A stretch of DNA of 62,869 nucleotides, the filler included, from Neolecta irregularis DAH-3 (lineage: Eukaryota): NCBI GenBank assembly GCA_001929475.1. It is 9 parts of 9 records of this genome, joined end to end, with 100 filler letters (N's around TTAATTAATTAA, not from the genome) between each part and the next. Parts side by side here need not be neighbours in the genome. Positions count along the whole stretch, not along the records: positions 31,749 to 47,123 come from LXFE01000514.1; 8 more parts are not named here. One strand, given 5' to 3'. The translations under genes and the position numbers were made by a program. The notes beneath the pieces were generated by a model that worked only from the letters and a program-made list of their open reading frames with translations, had not been told where the DNA came from and ran no database searches. Of the stretch, positions 35,420 through 47,223 are shown in pieces (position 1 is the first letter of the stretch; each line of letters starts with the position of its first letter).

Positions 35420-35700
35420 AATTTGTGTCTGGATTTGTGTATCTGAAAATATCAAAAACGTCCTCTTTGCCTTGTCCTTTTACCCATACTTTTGAACCTT
35501 TTGCGACCTGTGAAGAGGAGTTGTATATTCCTCGTGGATTCCTCTATTGTACAACTTTTGTACCTGAATTTATTATTTCATAATAATACAGTCTGCTACA
35601 CTGGGTCTATCTACGATCATTTCTACTGTTATTGCCTTCGATACATGGCAGAGAACACTCTGCAAACAAGTTATTATTGCGAATATTGACTCTAGCAATC

Positions 35701-37051
35701 CTAGTCCGTCCGCTTTCCAGATCCCCTCTTTCTCTTCTTCCCAATTCTGCGATCCTCATTCTTCTCAATCTCCAAAATTGCCTCTCGTTTCATCCCACTA
35801 ACCTTGACTGCAACCTCCAAAACATGCTTATCTTTAATCTCCACCTTTTCCATTTCACTACCAACTCGCTCCTCGATACTTTTCACCAGCAGTACATCTC
35901 GCTCCGTAACAATACTCACCGCCTCACCGCCTCGTCCGGCACGGGCAGTCCGTCCAACACGGTGAATATAATCATCGGGATCGCGCGGCAGCTCGTAGTT
36001 AATCACAAGATCCACAACAGGAATATCTAATCCTCGAGAAGCGACATCCGTAGCGACCAGTATCCTCGCCGCAGAAGCCCTAAATCGATGCAAGTTATCT
36101 ATTCGTATTTGCTGACTAAGTGAGGAATTCAGAGATGTTACGCGATATTCTAATTTTCTTAATAATAAAGGCAAAACAGTCGCTGTTCGTATCGTATTTG
36201 TGAAAATAATTATGCTGTTTTCGGGATATGATTGTAATAATACGTGAAGATAAGCATCCTTGACGTGTGATGGGAGTAATAAGTATTTTTGTGTTAATGA
36301 TTCGGGGACGGCAAGTCTATTTATCAACTGGGTGTAATCCGCAAGATCAAATACTTGTTCGTAACATCATGAAGTGGTATCTTCTTGGCTTCAGAAATCA
36401 GTCTGATATCCTCTGTAATAGTAGCCGTAAAAAGCAGCGTTTGCCTCGTCGACGGAATTTCATTCATAATAACCTCTAAATCTCGTGCAAATGTTTCCAT
36501 TAATAATCGATCTGCTTCATCAAGCACCAGGAACTTGACTTTTTTCAAGAACACTTTGTCTGATCGAATATGGTCGGCCAATCTCCCTGGAGTCGCAATG
36601 ACTATATGAGGACGGTGAGATAATGCGATGGATTGCGTAGTCATATCTTGACCGCCGAGGATTGTTACATATTTAAGATTCATAGGCGCCCCTAATGCAG
36701 CAAACTGTTCGGCGATCTGTAATGCCAGTTCTCTAACCGTCAACCGGCCAAATATTTCGTGAAAAAATATTACCGAGTGGGTGTCAATATCACCGCGTAG
36801 ATACCGCAGGGATCTCTAGACCAAGCCTGTAATATTGGCAATGCAAATGCGATAGTCTTCCCCGAACCCGTCTTTGCACCACCTATACAACTTGAACCTT
36901 AATATCAGACTTGGGAAGGGAATCTTCTGGTACCGTCAAGTATTGTCGGCACACACAATTTTTGAATCGGAGTCGGAGAGGTAAGAGAAAGAGAAGTAAG
37001 CGCATTTGACAACCATTCGGAAATTCCCAAGGAGGAAAATGTGGTAGTCAT
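35701..37051 (-). CDS. DBP8: DEAD-box RNA helicase Dbp8 (DDX49)
   Basis: [49 protein letters not shown]. Confidence 0.93.
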
Positions 37052-37358
37052 TGGTGGTTTGGAATATATGAAGTTGGGAGTAATTTTTATCGATAGCGGG
37101 CCACGCGGGAGATAAGATTATTCCCGTGTCCGCACCACAGAATCATGAATATTATTTGAAACCTGTCGAAAATTTCGATACAATATGCTTCATGACGCTA
37201 ATCTAAGACTGAGAGATAATAAAATTTGTTTTGGTGAAATAACAAGTCGTCAATGGAAGCGGAGATCTAGTAGATATATCCGTACTCAGGAAACCACGAT
37301 ATGCATCGAGTATCTATTCTGCATGAATTTCTAAATGCAATAAAAGATAATAAAATTA

Positions 37359-40300
37359 CTACCTCCGCCTCTCGGCAATTCTTTTAGCTTTAAGGTCGGC
37401 AAATCCCCATTTGAAGATTTGCTCCACAACCCAACAACCAACAAAATCGATTATCATAACCGTAGTCATGGTCAATTTGAAATCTTGAGTAAATTTAACA
37501 AGTCTCATCTTTTCATTGAGTTCGGGTATAAACTCAGTGGCACACGAGAGAGCGATTGCACCTACACCAAGAAGACCGTAGTACATGCCTTTGTTATCGC
37601 GAATTCGTTCACGGTGAGGATGACCTTGATAGTTGACGGCAAAAGTTGAAACCTGCTGAGCAAGTTGAAGGAGGTAGATTGCGCTGTTAAGCAACGATGG
37701 TTTAAATTCTGCCTCAAGATCTACTTTTGATTCAGGACTGAACATCAGTAAAAATCTCACAGGCGGGGGCTACGTTTCAAACTTTTCAACATAGCCTGAG
37801 ATATATATCAAAGTAACGATATGAATCGCAAATTGGCCTAAAACACTCCCCATAATATACCAGTTCCAGATATTAGGCTGAGGCCGTTCCTTGCTTAATT
37901 TCTCAATCGGCTTCACAATTAATTCCACTCAGGATAATGAACACTTACCTTTGCTCTTGATATACACAAAAAGCAAACACTCATCAACATCCCAGATATG
38001 GTAGCTTGCCCATCACCAAATTTAATACCTTTAAGATAAAGGACACTTAGGGAATATGCGGAGATAAGACAATTCAGCGCAAGAATCTTGTACATTTGAA
38101 TCGTAGCGACAAGGGTACATCGACCCTGTCGAATAATGTTCGCGATCGCCATAACATTTGATAGTTTGGACGTAAATGGAGCAGCAACAGAAGCATCACC
38201 AAGTTTGATTGTGGGCGGTTCAGAATTGTCTTCGTCCATCATCGAAGCCAACATTTTATCAGATAGTTGTGCAGCTGCATTTGTCGGAGTATCTGAAGTA
38301 CTTACGGCTTTGTCCCCGTCCGTTTTTCCCATTGCTTGTAATGCCCGTTCGCGGTGGGGATTATTTGATCCCGGCGGATATAAATGAGCAATTGCCAAAG
38401 GGATCGGTGGGGTAGCTGCGTTAAATCGCTTTGCTAATTGGATCTGTTTCTCGTATATTTCTTTGAATCTCGTGGTTCGCTGATGCTGGGCAATTTTCTG
38501 CAAGTCCTCCTCAGAGCCATTGAGCAATGCGACTCCAATATGTGCCTGTTTCAGAGCCCCTACATCATTGGTTCCGTCTCCGCACATGAGTGTTGTAAGG
38601 CCGGCGTTTTTCAGGCTTGCTAGAATCCATTCTTTTTGCAATGGAGAAACTCGGGCATAAACCCAGGTATTCAAAAGAAGGGAAAGAACATCCGGATGCG
38701 ATTGAAACTGGGCTAATGCATGTCCAGTGATACAGATGTCGTGCTTTTGAAAGAGCTTGGTGTCAATGGGAGCAGATAAATCTACTTTGATGTTAATCTT
38801 CTCGTCGACCGATTTGAAAGAAATATCTTCTGTAAGCATAGTTTTGAGTGGAACTGAGGTACCATCATTATGGTCATCAAGGATAAGACATTTCCTCTCA
38901 ACAATCTTCACTTCTTCAGCAACGTGAACCGCCGTAAGAGGATTATCACCCGTGATCATGACGCACTAAAAATGTCAAAAGTTGAAAAAAGAGAAAATGC
39001 TCACTCTATGTGAAGATTCATTCAGCATCTCAATCGTCTTCACTGCATCCGGCTTCAAGGGACAGTTAAATATTAAGAACCCCACGAATTGCAACTGAGA
39101 TTCAGCTTGTTCTCGCACAACCTTCCCAACCTAAGGTTAGTTTCACTTTATAGGCCTGAAATATACGGAGATATCCAGGGGCTTCAGGGCCAAAGCCAAA
39201 ACTCGGCTTCCCATGCGCCCAAACTTCTTGTAACAATCATCATACCCTGTAGGGACGTCCTTCAACATGCTTCGAATTGTTTCTGGTGCACCCTTTACAC
39301 TGACGAAGTTTCGCCCAGCGATTGCGAAGATGCTCGAAGAACGTTTGAGTTGACTTGAAAACTGAAATCGTTTCTTAATTTGAATCATTTCCCCGACGTT
39401 TGTGAAAATGAGGTCCTTCTTCCCAACCTTCCAGCCAAGACTCTCGATTGCAGCTTTTTCCATTGGGTCGCCGACTACCTCATCATCTAACTTAACCAAT
39501 GCATGGGCTGTTCCGAGCACTAACTTTGTATTTTCTGGTGCATTTTTGGGATTCAAAATATCTCTACTTAACCCGGCGATTCCTTCGACAACCAGATTTT
39601 CTCCAGTTAAAGTTCCTGTTTTATCAAAACAAATTACATCGACTCTTCCTGCGAAAGGAATGCGGAAAGGTTCGGTACAGAATATTGCGTGACGGCTCAG
39701 TGCTGCAAGGGATGTATTGACTGCTAGAGATAGCTCCATCGGAAGCTCAGGCGGGACGACAGACGTCACGATTAAGATACAATCAAGGAGGAGCTTGGAC
39801 TTCTTTCGCTCGTTTCGAATTCCTTAAATAATCAGAGCCAAAGGCAAAATGTGGGGGTTACCTTCTTGCCAAACGTACCAGGAGGCAGCAATTGCAAAAC
39901 ACAAGAGAAACAATATGAAAAGAAGGGCTTCAACGTTATTGGCGGTCACTCGTTCAGTGCTAAAAATCATTGTTCGAACGAGGTTTCCTTGGCTAGTCTC
40001 GAATCCTGTCTTAGTAACTAATGCGATTGCCCCATTGTCTGGAGTCGAGTGTTCGGGTGATGGGGTAACTTGAAGCACTTTCGTACCACCCCAAAGCAGA
40101 CTATTCTTGTCCGTTCCAGTAGTATCGAGAGGACCAGGATGAGGCTGTAGATTTTCTTTAAGAAGAGGAGTCGATTCTCCAGAGAGCATTGCTTCGTTGA
40201 CGATTGCGGTACCTTGAAGAAGGATTAGATCGCAAGGAAGGCCGGAGTCGTCCTTCGTTCTGGCTGCGATGTCAGTCGGGGATATAATTGTAGGATACTA

Positions 40301-41262
40301 ATGGAAACGATATCACCAGGAAAAAGTTCGTCGGACTGGACTGCAGTCCATTTGCCGTCTCGTTTGGCAAGAAGAGAATACGGTTTAATGCTCATTGTCC
40401 TGAATTCGTTCAAAGTTCGTTGGCGCTACCAAGTATTAGTCAGAACAACGGTGAAATACAAATTATATACCTGCCATACAACTGTCGATTCGAATATGAC
40501 TAGCATAACAAGCGTGAAAAGTGAATAATACCAGTATTCATCTAGGCACCATAGTCCCACACAAAATATTTGAAATACAAAGAACGGAGCGACGGCATGT
40601 TCCTTGAAGAGTTCTTTGAACGAGGGGACAGGAATATCGAATTTGTTTAAACCATAGTGACGGGTGAGAAAAGCGATATCGGAGGTCTTGAGGCCAGGGG
40701 AAGAGAGAATATCTTCAGTGAATGGGTCCGAATCGATTGGAAAAACCATTTCCTGGAACTGTTTCTTCTCGTAGGAGTAGATGAAACGCTTCTTTTGGAA
40801 GAGGAAAGAGATCTCGTCATCATGGCCTGGGATCTACCATATATAAGTCATCCCTCAATGCCTTGCAATACCTTGGTATGGACCAAAGGACAGATCTCAG
40901 GCTGACCCTGATTTGCAGATGGTTTAATCTTGATCAAACCACAAGTCTTAACATTATTTTTCTAACCCATCAGCATCCTCCTGAGACTAAATAATTGCCT
41001 TTGTAGCCGTTGTTAAGGCTTTGATATCAACACTCCAATGACCACCGAGCCAAATTAATGTGTTTAAAGTTATCAGTCCGCCCAAAGTAACGAACGTCCA
41101 TTCTTCAGAGCGGATATACTTTTCATAGGCGCAATAATATGCGTAGGCCCATATTGGATACAAGATGGAGAAGGGCATAATATACAGGTGCATATGCCGC
41201 GGTAATGGTGAATGCAGCGAAGCATTTGATATCTGCGAATGCGATATTAAGGGTGGTGGCAT
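37359..41262 (-). CDS. SPF1: ER P5A-type ATPase Spf1/Cta4
   Basis: KEHAVAPFFVFQ, VVPPELPMEL, DKTGTLT, MCGDGTNDVGALKQA, LGDASVAAPFTSK. Confidence 0.96.
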
Positions 41263-41304
41263 TGCTAGGGAGGGTTAGCCCTGCTGTGTTCTCGTTTGAT
41301 TGAT

Positions 41305-41886
41305 TGTCCTAGAAACCCGAATATACCAATGATTTTCAATCAGGACGTAAAATAGAGCCTACAACTCTAATAGAATATTCATATGTATTCATTTGTTTAT
41401 TATGTTCTTGGTGGTGATGCAGGTTATAAAAACCCTTCAGGACTGAAAACTTTTCTTCGTCCATCACCCAGGTGTTCTCGGCTTCGGTTGTCATATATAG
41501 CATCTAGTCTAATCCGACCTTCTTTACTTCACACCTCTTATTCTCTATCTTCTTCCTACCTAACCCTCCATATTCACTCTTGTCTCCCTAACCAATGGAG
41601 CCAGGAGGGGAAACGGATGGGGATATAAATCCACAAGACTCGCTTTCTCATGTCCTGCGCACTCAATTGCTGTATGAAGGAACTAAATATGCTGAGAAAT
41701 TTATAATTCTTTATACATAACTCACCCTCTTCTAACCTATTCCCAGGCTATGGTCTAGCCCGAGTAGCCATGATGATCAGACCAACACCCTCTCAAAGAC
41801 TTGGCTACGGAAAGGCTCGGAGGCGAAAATACGACCCTATATGATGCCCTCCATCTTCTCCTCATTCGTAGAAGAAGTTTAGGACA
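41305..41886. mobile_element. Possible solo LTR immediately upstream of SPF1
   Basis: TGTCCTA...TAGGACA 7-bp terminal IR; TATAAAA at ~41425; no TSD found. Confidence 0.4.
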
Positions 41887-41961
41887 AGAAAACTGTTCAC
41901 ATAGGTGGGATAGCTAACAGGAAGTCGTTGTATCCTGCGATCATCCTCTTGGTGAGCTACA

Positions 41962-42648
41962 TGTCCCATCTGTGAAATCGTCCAACCTCACCACCAAATC
42001 TGTAAGGACATACCCTTTGGGTATATCTTACCAATACGGCAAGGTGGCTTGACGGGAAGGAAATATGACTTACAAAATCTGTGACCGTCCTACCTGCAGA
42101 ATCCACCAACCTCACCCTTTGATATTAAGTACCCACTTATAATGACTATCGAGGCTAGACGATTCCATTGGTGGGTCATTATAAATAGGTACTTGATATC
42201 AAAGGGTGAGGTTGGTGGATTCCACAGGTAGTGTGAGTGTTGGGTGTCTGGACTTGCCGCTCGGCAAGCTTTGCTGGAAATATAGGATCACGATTCTGGA
42301 AATAAAGGAACTATGTATATATTATTGCTCCGGTTGGGCCTGGCTTGATTAGCAAGCCAGGCCCTACTTATAGAAGAACTGGCACATACACTTCCTTATC
42401 TTGGTTTACCTCCCTGCATACCTCTCAGGTGGCAAAGATTGTGACCACCCAGACTTGGCTCAGGGGTACTGCTTGCCACAGTCAGGCTGCTTTGGTCAGT
42501 ACCAACGTCAGTGAATCTTGAACCGTTGGGGTTATGGTGGCTTGCAATTGGGGGTGCCCATGCCATCAACAATGGGGGATGATTAAGCCCTCACAGTAGG
42601 AGGGTCAAAGATTTGGTGGTGAGGTTGGACGATTCCACAGGTGGGACA
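41962..42648. mobile_element. TIR element/MITE with ~40-bp arms, containing a related foldback at 42090-42231
   Basis: TGTCCCATCTGTGAAATCGTCCAACCTCACCACCAAATCT vs its reverse complement at 42609-42648; inner ~57-bp arms share ACCTG..GAATC..CCAACCTCACC. Confidence 0.75.
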
Positions 42649-42797
42649 GAACAAATACATTACGAGTTTCACCACTATCCGAATCCGGCGAAGGCTTGAT
42701 CAACGTGTGGGTGGCCAGCGTGGGACGTAGCTCCACGCGGGTCACGTGTGCACCGCTATTTTGCCCCCGTTCCATCTTCCACACCCCTCCTATCGCC

Positions 42798-43547
42798 ATG
42801 TCTGCCCGTGCATCGTTGGACAATGAGCCCGCTCTACGCCCGTCTCAGTGCAAACTCGTCCTTCTCGGGGAGGCTGCAGTTGGAAAGGCATATAGCCTGT
42901 ATGCATTTGTTCGACTCACACATGTAGTCCTCGCTCGTCCTGCGGTTTGTCAACAATGAGTTTCAGGAAAACCGAGAGCCGACCATTGGAGCAGCATTTT
43001 TGACTCAGAAGTGCCGTGTCGAGAATCGGGTTGTCAAGTTTGAGATATGGGACACAGCTGGCCAAGAAAGATTTCATAGCTTAGCGCCCATGTACTATCG
43101 GTGTGTCTATTATTTCTGCTATGCTGACTCGTGGTAGTAATGCTCAGGCTGCCGTTGTTGTTTATGATATCACGAAACCTACCAGTTTAGAGAAAGCTAA
43201 AAGCTGGGTCAAAGAACTTCAACGACAGGCAAGTCCAGGCATTGTCATTGCCTTGTGTGGGAACAAGGCGGATGCAGAAGAGGAGCGAGCTGTCAGCACG
43301 GCTGATGGAGAAGGTTATGCGGAGGAATTTAAGTGTTCGTTCTTCGAGACCAGCGCCAAGACAGGAAAGAATGTCCAGGAGGTGTTTGCGGCTATTGGTG
43401 TGTCTAGGATGATCAATCGGGATTAACAATGCAGCGAAGAGTCTACCAGAGGAAGTAGTCAATCGAAGGCAGCAGACTAGAGACCAACGTGTTGATCTTA
43501 CTGAACGACATGATGTAGCAAAAGCCAATAGTGGATGTGCTTGTTAA
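42798..43547 (+). CDS. VPS21: Rab5-family GTPase (Vps21/Ypt5-like)
   Basis: [45 protein letters not shown]-terminal CAC. Confidence 0.9.
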
Positions 43548-43723
43548 CTTTTGCTGCTTATTTTGGTTGAGGATTATTGCTTATTTGATGATTTTTCATA
43601 TATGATTGGGGATATTAGGATTTTGGCGGGATATAAAGTACATGATCTTTCCTTGACGAACAGAGAATGCAGATGAACATTTTAGATACATTCAGGTTTC
43701 AGCTTACCACGAGATAAAGCTAT

Positions 43724-44412
43724 CTACGACTCCTGTGAGAGCTCAAAAACAACATTTTTCCCTGTGAGTTTATTATATACGCTCTGAAAGGAATCCAGTT
43801 TAAAATCAATCGCTGCCGAATCTTTGGTATCAAGAATTCTATCATTAGTATAGCACATTTGAGAAGAAGTTACACTTTGATGATCTTGCGTCCATCAACA
43901 GTAACACGAACTCTCTTTCCGACGATTTGCGTGGGATATACCATATCCTCCAACATTGCGTCGTGGACTGCAGTGAGTGTACGGGATCGAGGTCGTTTTT
44001 GGGTCACTCGCGAGGTTCGCGACTGTTTTCGTAGGATTCGTCTTTGGGCTAGGAATACGACATGCTCATCTGCAAATTTCTTTTCGAGTTCCCGGGTGAG
44101 TCTTCGAAATTAGCGTTGATTTCTTGATTTCTGAATTAAAGATAATCACCTTTGTTGGATCTTGTGGAAAGAGGTGAGTTGAGATACTGGGACGAAAATG
44201 ACAATTGCTTTTCGACCTCCGGCCACTTCAATCTATATCTTTGAATCTATTTGCAATGAAGGAGGAAATACCTCACGAGCACCTGAAAACTGCAACGGTC
44301 GCAAGTCTTTTCGAAAGTCATGGAGGGATTCGAGATCGGTTATGGCCTGAGAAACAGTTTTTTCGAATTCATCCAGAGTTTGACCGTCAGGTTTAACGAT
44401 TTTAGAAGTCAT
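43724..44412 (-). CDS. RPS7: 40S ribosomal protein S7 (eS7)
   Basis: [48 protein letters not shown]. Confidence 0.96.
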
Positions 44413-44573
44413 TATATGTCAGCGGAATTAGGGACTCCAGGACTTGGTGGTGAATAAGACTAAGTTGGAGCCAGTCACCTGTTAATTTGTTGCAACCATT
44501 TGAGTAATAATTAGTGGTAATTACAGGCGCTCGATGAGACATGATTGATAACTGCCAAATTATGTTTTGAGCT

Positions 44574-46104
44574 ATGCCAAGGAAGAAATCTACCGCGAAG
44601 AAAACAATCCATGCTGAAGAAGGGAATAGGAAAAAGCTCGCCGAAGACCTTGAATCAGATATTGGAGATGTTATAACGATTAATGAATCATACGCATCGA
44701 AATTCGAGTATAACAAAAAGCGAGATGAACTTTCCAGACGTATTCATTCTTGAATATTTGAATTTTCTGACAGGCCCAGTTCAGGAGAAATACGGGGGAA
44801 ACGCACAAGATGGCAGCTCGAGCTCATCGGGAGAGGAAGATTCGGACGGAGAGCTTATCACCCCCGCCGTAGATGCTGCACTATTCAAAACCTTGAAAAT
44901 GATTCGCGAGAAAGATCCAGGGATTTACAAAGCTGATAAGGATTTTTTCAAACAAACCGAACTTGATGTCAAACGAAATGCGAGAAAGGAGAAACCGATC
45001 AGACTAAAGGACTATCATCGTCAACGGCTACTTGATGGTGATATTGATATCGATGTGGAAGAAGAAATTCAAACTCACGAGATGGAACAGGAAGAACTCC
45101 GGCGGGACGTTATTAACGCTTTCCATGAGAGTGATGAGGTCAACGATGACGATTTGCTCGTTCCACGCAAGAAGAGCTCACTTGAAAAAACAGAAGAAGA
45201 AGATAGCTATAAAAGATTCTTGGCTGAGCATGCCGGTTCAATTGCACCTAAAGATGACAATGAAAAGTTTCTGCTGGATTTCCTCACGAATAAAGCTTGG
45301 ATCGATAAAGAAAATAAAACCGTTCCATCTTACGATCAGATTGTATCCGAATTAATCGACGAAGAAGAATTTGATGAGAAGGCAGATATTTTCGAAACGA
45401 ATTATAATTTTCGATTTGAACAATCTACTGAAATCACCTCTCATGCACGAGACGTTCCAACTGTTCGTCGAACCGACAATAAAAGAAAAGAAAAACGCAA
45501 GGAGGTCAAAGAGCGGAAGGTGAAGGAGAAAAAAGAAGACTTATCGAGATTCAAAAAGTTGAAGCGGGAAGAAATCAAAGAACGGCTAAAGAAAATTGCA
45601 GTCGGCGGTGGTGTTTCGGGCATTACGGAGAATGACCTAGAGGAAGAATTTGACCCTGCTGTTTGGGATAAGAGGATGAGTGGAATATTCAATGACGAGT
45701 ATTATGATACTAGAGAGAAAATGCCTAAGTGGGATGATGACATCGATATTAGCGATATAACCAAAACCAACGTTCAAGAATCATCCACTCAGCGTCCGAA
45801 AAAGCAAAAGTTAGACTCTTTTATCGATGAAAAATTCAATATCAATTACGAGGATGTTGTTAATGGCCAAGCTACCCGATTTCGGTATCGAGAATGTACC
45901 CCGACAACATTTGGCCTTACAGTCGACGATATATTGAACGCAACTGAAAAGGAGCTTAATGAATACGTTGGGATTAAAAAATATCAGCCATATAGGAACG
46001 AGGAGAGTAGAAAGCGTGATAAAAAGAAGTTTGGGAAGAAGCAACGGTTAAGGGAATGGAGGAAGAGTGTTGAGGAACGTTTGAAAATGGAGAAAGAAAT
46101 GTAG
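44574..46104 (+). CDS. KRI1: Kri1 40S biogenesis factor
   Basis: INESYASKFEYNKKRDEL, LKDYHRQ, FETNYNFRFE, FGLTVDDIL..ELNEYVGIKKYQPYR. Confidence 0.93.
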
Positions 46105-46684
46105 GGTATAATGTTCTATTGTTGCCTTGGAGTGTTCCTATTCTTTTGTAGTAAACTCGCAAGGCATTATTTGTAAATATAATCATCCATTTTCATATAC
46201 TAAATACCATGAGTGATCTAGGCTCTTACGCTGTGGCTGTTGATGAATCCAGCCTTCTCCTTTAATTAAAGTTTATTATACACGAGTTTAAATAACAGAA
46301 AAGATTACATGTTCCGTAGACAAGTGGTTGGGATAATCGCAATTTGAATCAACGATGAGTTGCAGCTGTAGATTGTTTCCCTTGGTTTATTAATCAAAGC
46401 GACACTTGACAGACATAACACTATTTCGAATTGAGATTTAGCAAGACTTTGTACCATCGTTCTTTCTTGAGATTGGTGATCGACTACTTGAAGTTTTTAA
46501 TAAGTTTCAAACAACCAAAAGCTTCTCTTCTTATTGATAACTAATAGCATCTAGTAAACTAAACACACCTGGTCTGCTGATCCCAGAGTCTTGATATACA
46601 CAGGCATAGCTATCCTTAATCACAATAATTTGTAGACTACATCTACCTAAACCAAACTAGTTCAATCTCAAACTGAAAATCAGC

Positions 46685-46798
46685 CACTCAGGTGGTGATA
46701 TCGTCGGCTGATATCCACATCGCCCGAATTAACGAGTCATCCATAGTTGATTAGACCATAGAACTCCGGGAACAAACAGTCCGCATTCATCATTGATC
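46685..46798 (-). ncRNA. Candidate independently transcribed box C/D snoRNA
   Basis: Box C ATGATGA (46793-46787), C'-like TGGATGA, box D CTGA (46691-46688), TATA-like ATTATAAAA ~45 nt upstream. Confidence 0.55.
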
Positions 46799-47223
46799 GA
46801 AATAGTTTGGTAAAAAAGTAATTTTCTGCATGTGTGACGTTTTATAATCTGGTCAGGTGATATATTTATTTTTCCTCGCCGCCTTCTCAGTGTGTATTAG
46901 AAAATAAATGGATAATATAAGGTTTATTATATAATAGACCATTGCATACAGTGACAAGACATGAAGAAACTATATAAGTGATTCGGAGAAGTCTTCTATC
47001 CTCGACCTTTTGCTAACATGATGCTGATTGATATTTTGAACAGTAATATGTTTACCGAAATGGAAAACGAACAGGGGATGTCTTTCTGTGGAACATTCCA
47101 AATTATCAGGGAAAGGGTGATGANNNNNNNNNNNNNNNNNNNNNNNNNNNNNNNNNNNNNNNNNNNNTTAATTAATTAANNNNNNNNNNNNNNNNNNNNN
47201 NNNNNNNNNNNNNNNNNNNNNNN

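Noticed and set aside
41559..41567. CCTAACCCT as a telomerase RNA template (also TAACCCT on the minus strand near 50000)
   Set aside because: Short match with no pseudoknot or CR4/5-like element that I could identify; the first lies within LTR-like sequence
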